DNA of 43,759 nucleotides. It comes from Rhodothermales bacterium (GTDB lineage: Bacteria > Bacteroidota > Rhodothermia > Rhodothermales > Rubricoccaceae). Position 1 is the first letter of the stretch, and each line of letters opens with the position of its first letter. Below the pieces are notes generated by a model, which searched no databases, was not told the DNA's origin, and was given only the letters and a program-made list of their open reading frames with translations. A program made the translations under genes and the position numbers. Positions 43,619 to 43,759 of this stretch are shown here, piece by piece. Location of the stretch: contig JBBSQZ010000001.1 of assembly GCA_038243565.1 (NCBI GenBank), positions 1-43,759 of the forward strand, given 5' to 3'.

Positions 43619-43759
43619 ATGCGCGTCCCGCGCCTTTCCGCCCTCCGCACCAGCCCGTGGCTCGGCCGCGGCGCGTGGACGATCCTGGACCAGGCCAGCT
43701 TCGCCGGCGCCAACTTCGTCGTCAACGTGCTGCTCGCGCGGTGGCTCGCGCCGGCCGGC
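43619..43759 (+). CDS. Wzx-type oligosaccharide flippase, N-terminal fragment (runs off the window)
   Basis: MRVPRLSALRTSPWLGRGAWTILDQASFAGANFVVNVLLARWLAPAG fits the N-terminal pattern of polysaccharide flippases. The start coordinate is accurate to about +/-1 nt. Confidence 0.5.
   Translation, partial: MRVPRLSALRTSPWLGRGAWTILDQASFAGANFVVNVLLARWLAPAG

Overview
This is a visibly very GC-rich bacterial chromosomal segment; I did not compute the composition. Gene content (a Bat/aerotolerance-type operon, a DUF4249 remnant, PpiD) and the lack of Shine-Dalgarno motifs suggest a Bacteroidota/Rhodothermota-like organism, which is inference only. I support about 42 protein-coding genes and found no rRNA, tRNA or CRISPR.

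Gene order:
- A partial GMC oxidoreductase and a GH1-like hydrolase.
- A minus-strand Bat-type operon: DUF58, DUF4381-like, BatA, BatB, TPR, BatC-like and a fused BatD-BatE. No MoxR ATPase is adjacent.
- purQ, an SRPBCC protein and an AP2-domain protein.
- A tightly overlapped minus-strand operon: flippase-like TM protein, GT2, NodB-type deacetylase, GT2.
- dapF, then a complete menaquinone set: ubiE/menG divergent from menF-menD-(pilin-like ORF)-menH-menB-menA-menC-menE.
- ppiD, a gamma-carbonic-anhydrase-family protein, bioY, a lipoprotein, an orphan VWA protein, a Uma2 endonuclease, rsmA, mgtE and a PD40 beta-propeller lipoprotein.
- The start of an exopolysaccharide locus: rhomboid-like protein, Wzc-like, mini-Wza, Wzx N-terminus.

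The most unusual signal is non-coding. A family of hairpin elements has a G/T-rich 5' arm and a C/A-rich 3' arm, both built from 7-nt periodic repeats. Each locus uses its own heptad. The elements start at or within stop codons, often end exactly at the next start codon, occur inside operons, and in places are translated (an rsmA internal insertion, the menA N-terminus, several C-termini). Two further repeat families are present: GTAG/CTAC REP-like palindromes, including a REPIN-like doublet, and one nested inverted-repeat element.

Coordinates of internal starts come from frame-checked reading against the supplied ORF track. Many long ORFs in that track are GC-driven shadow frames.
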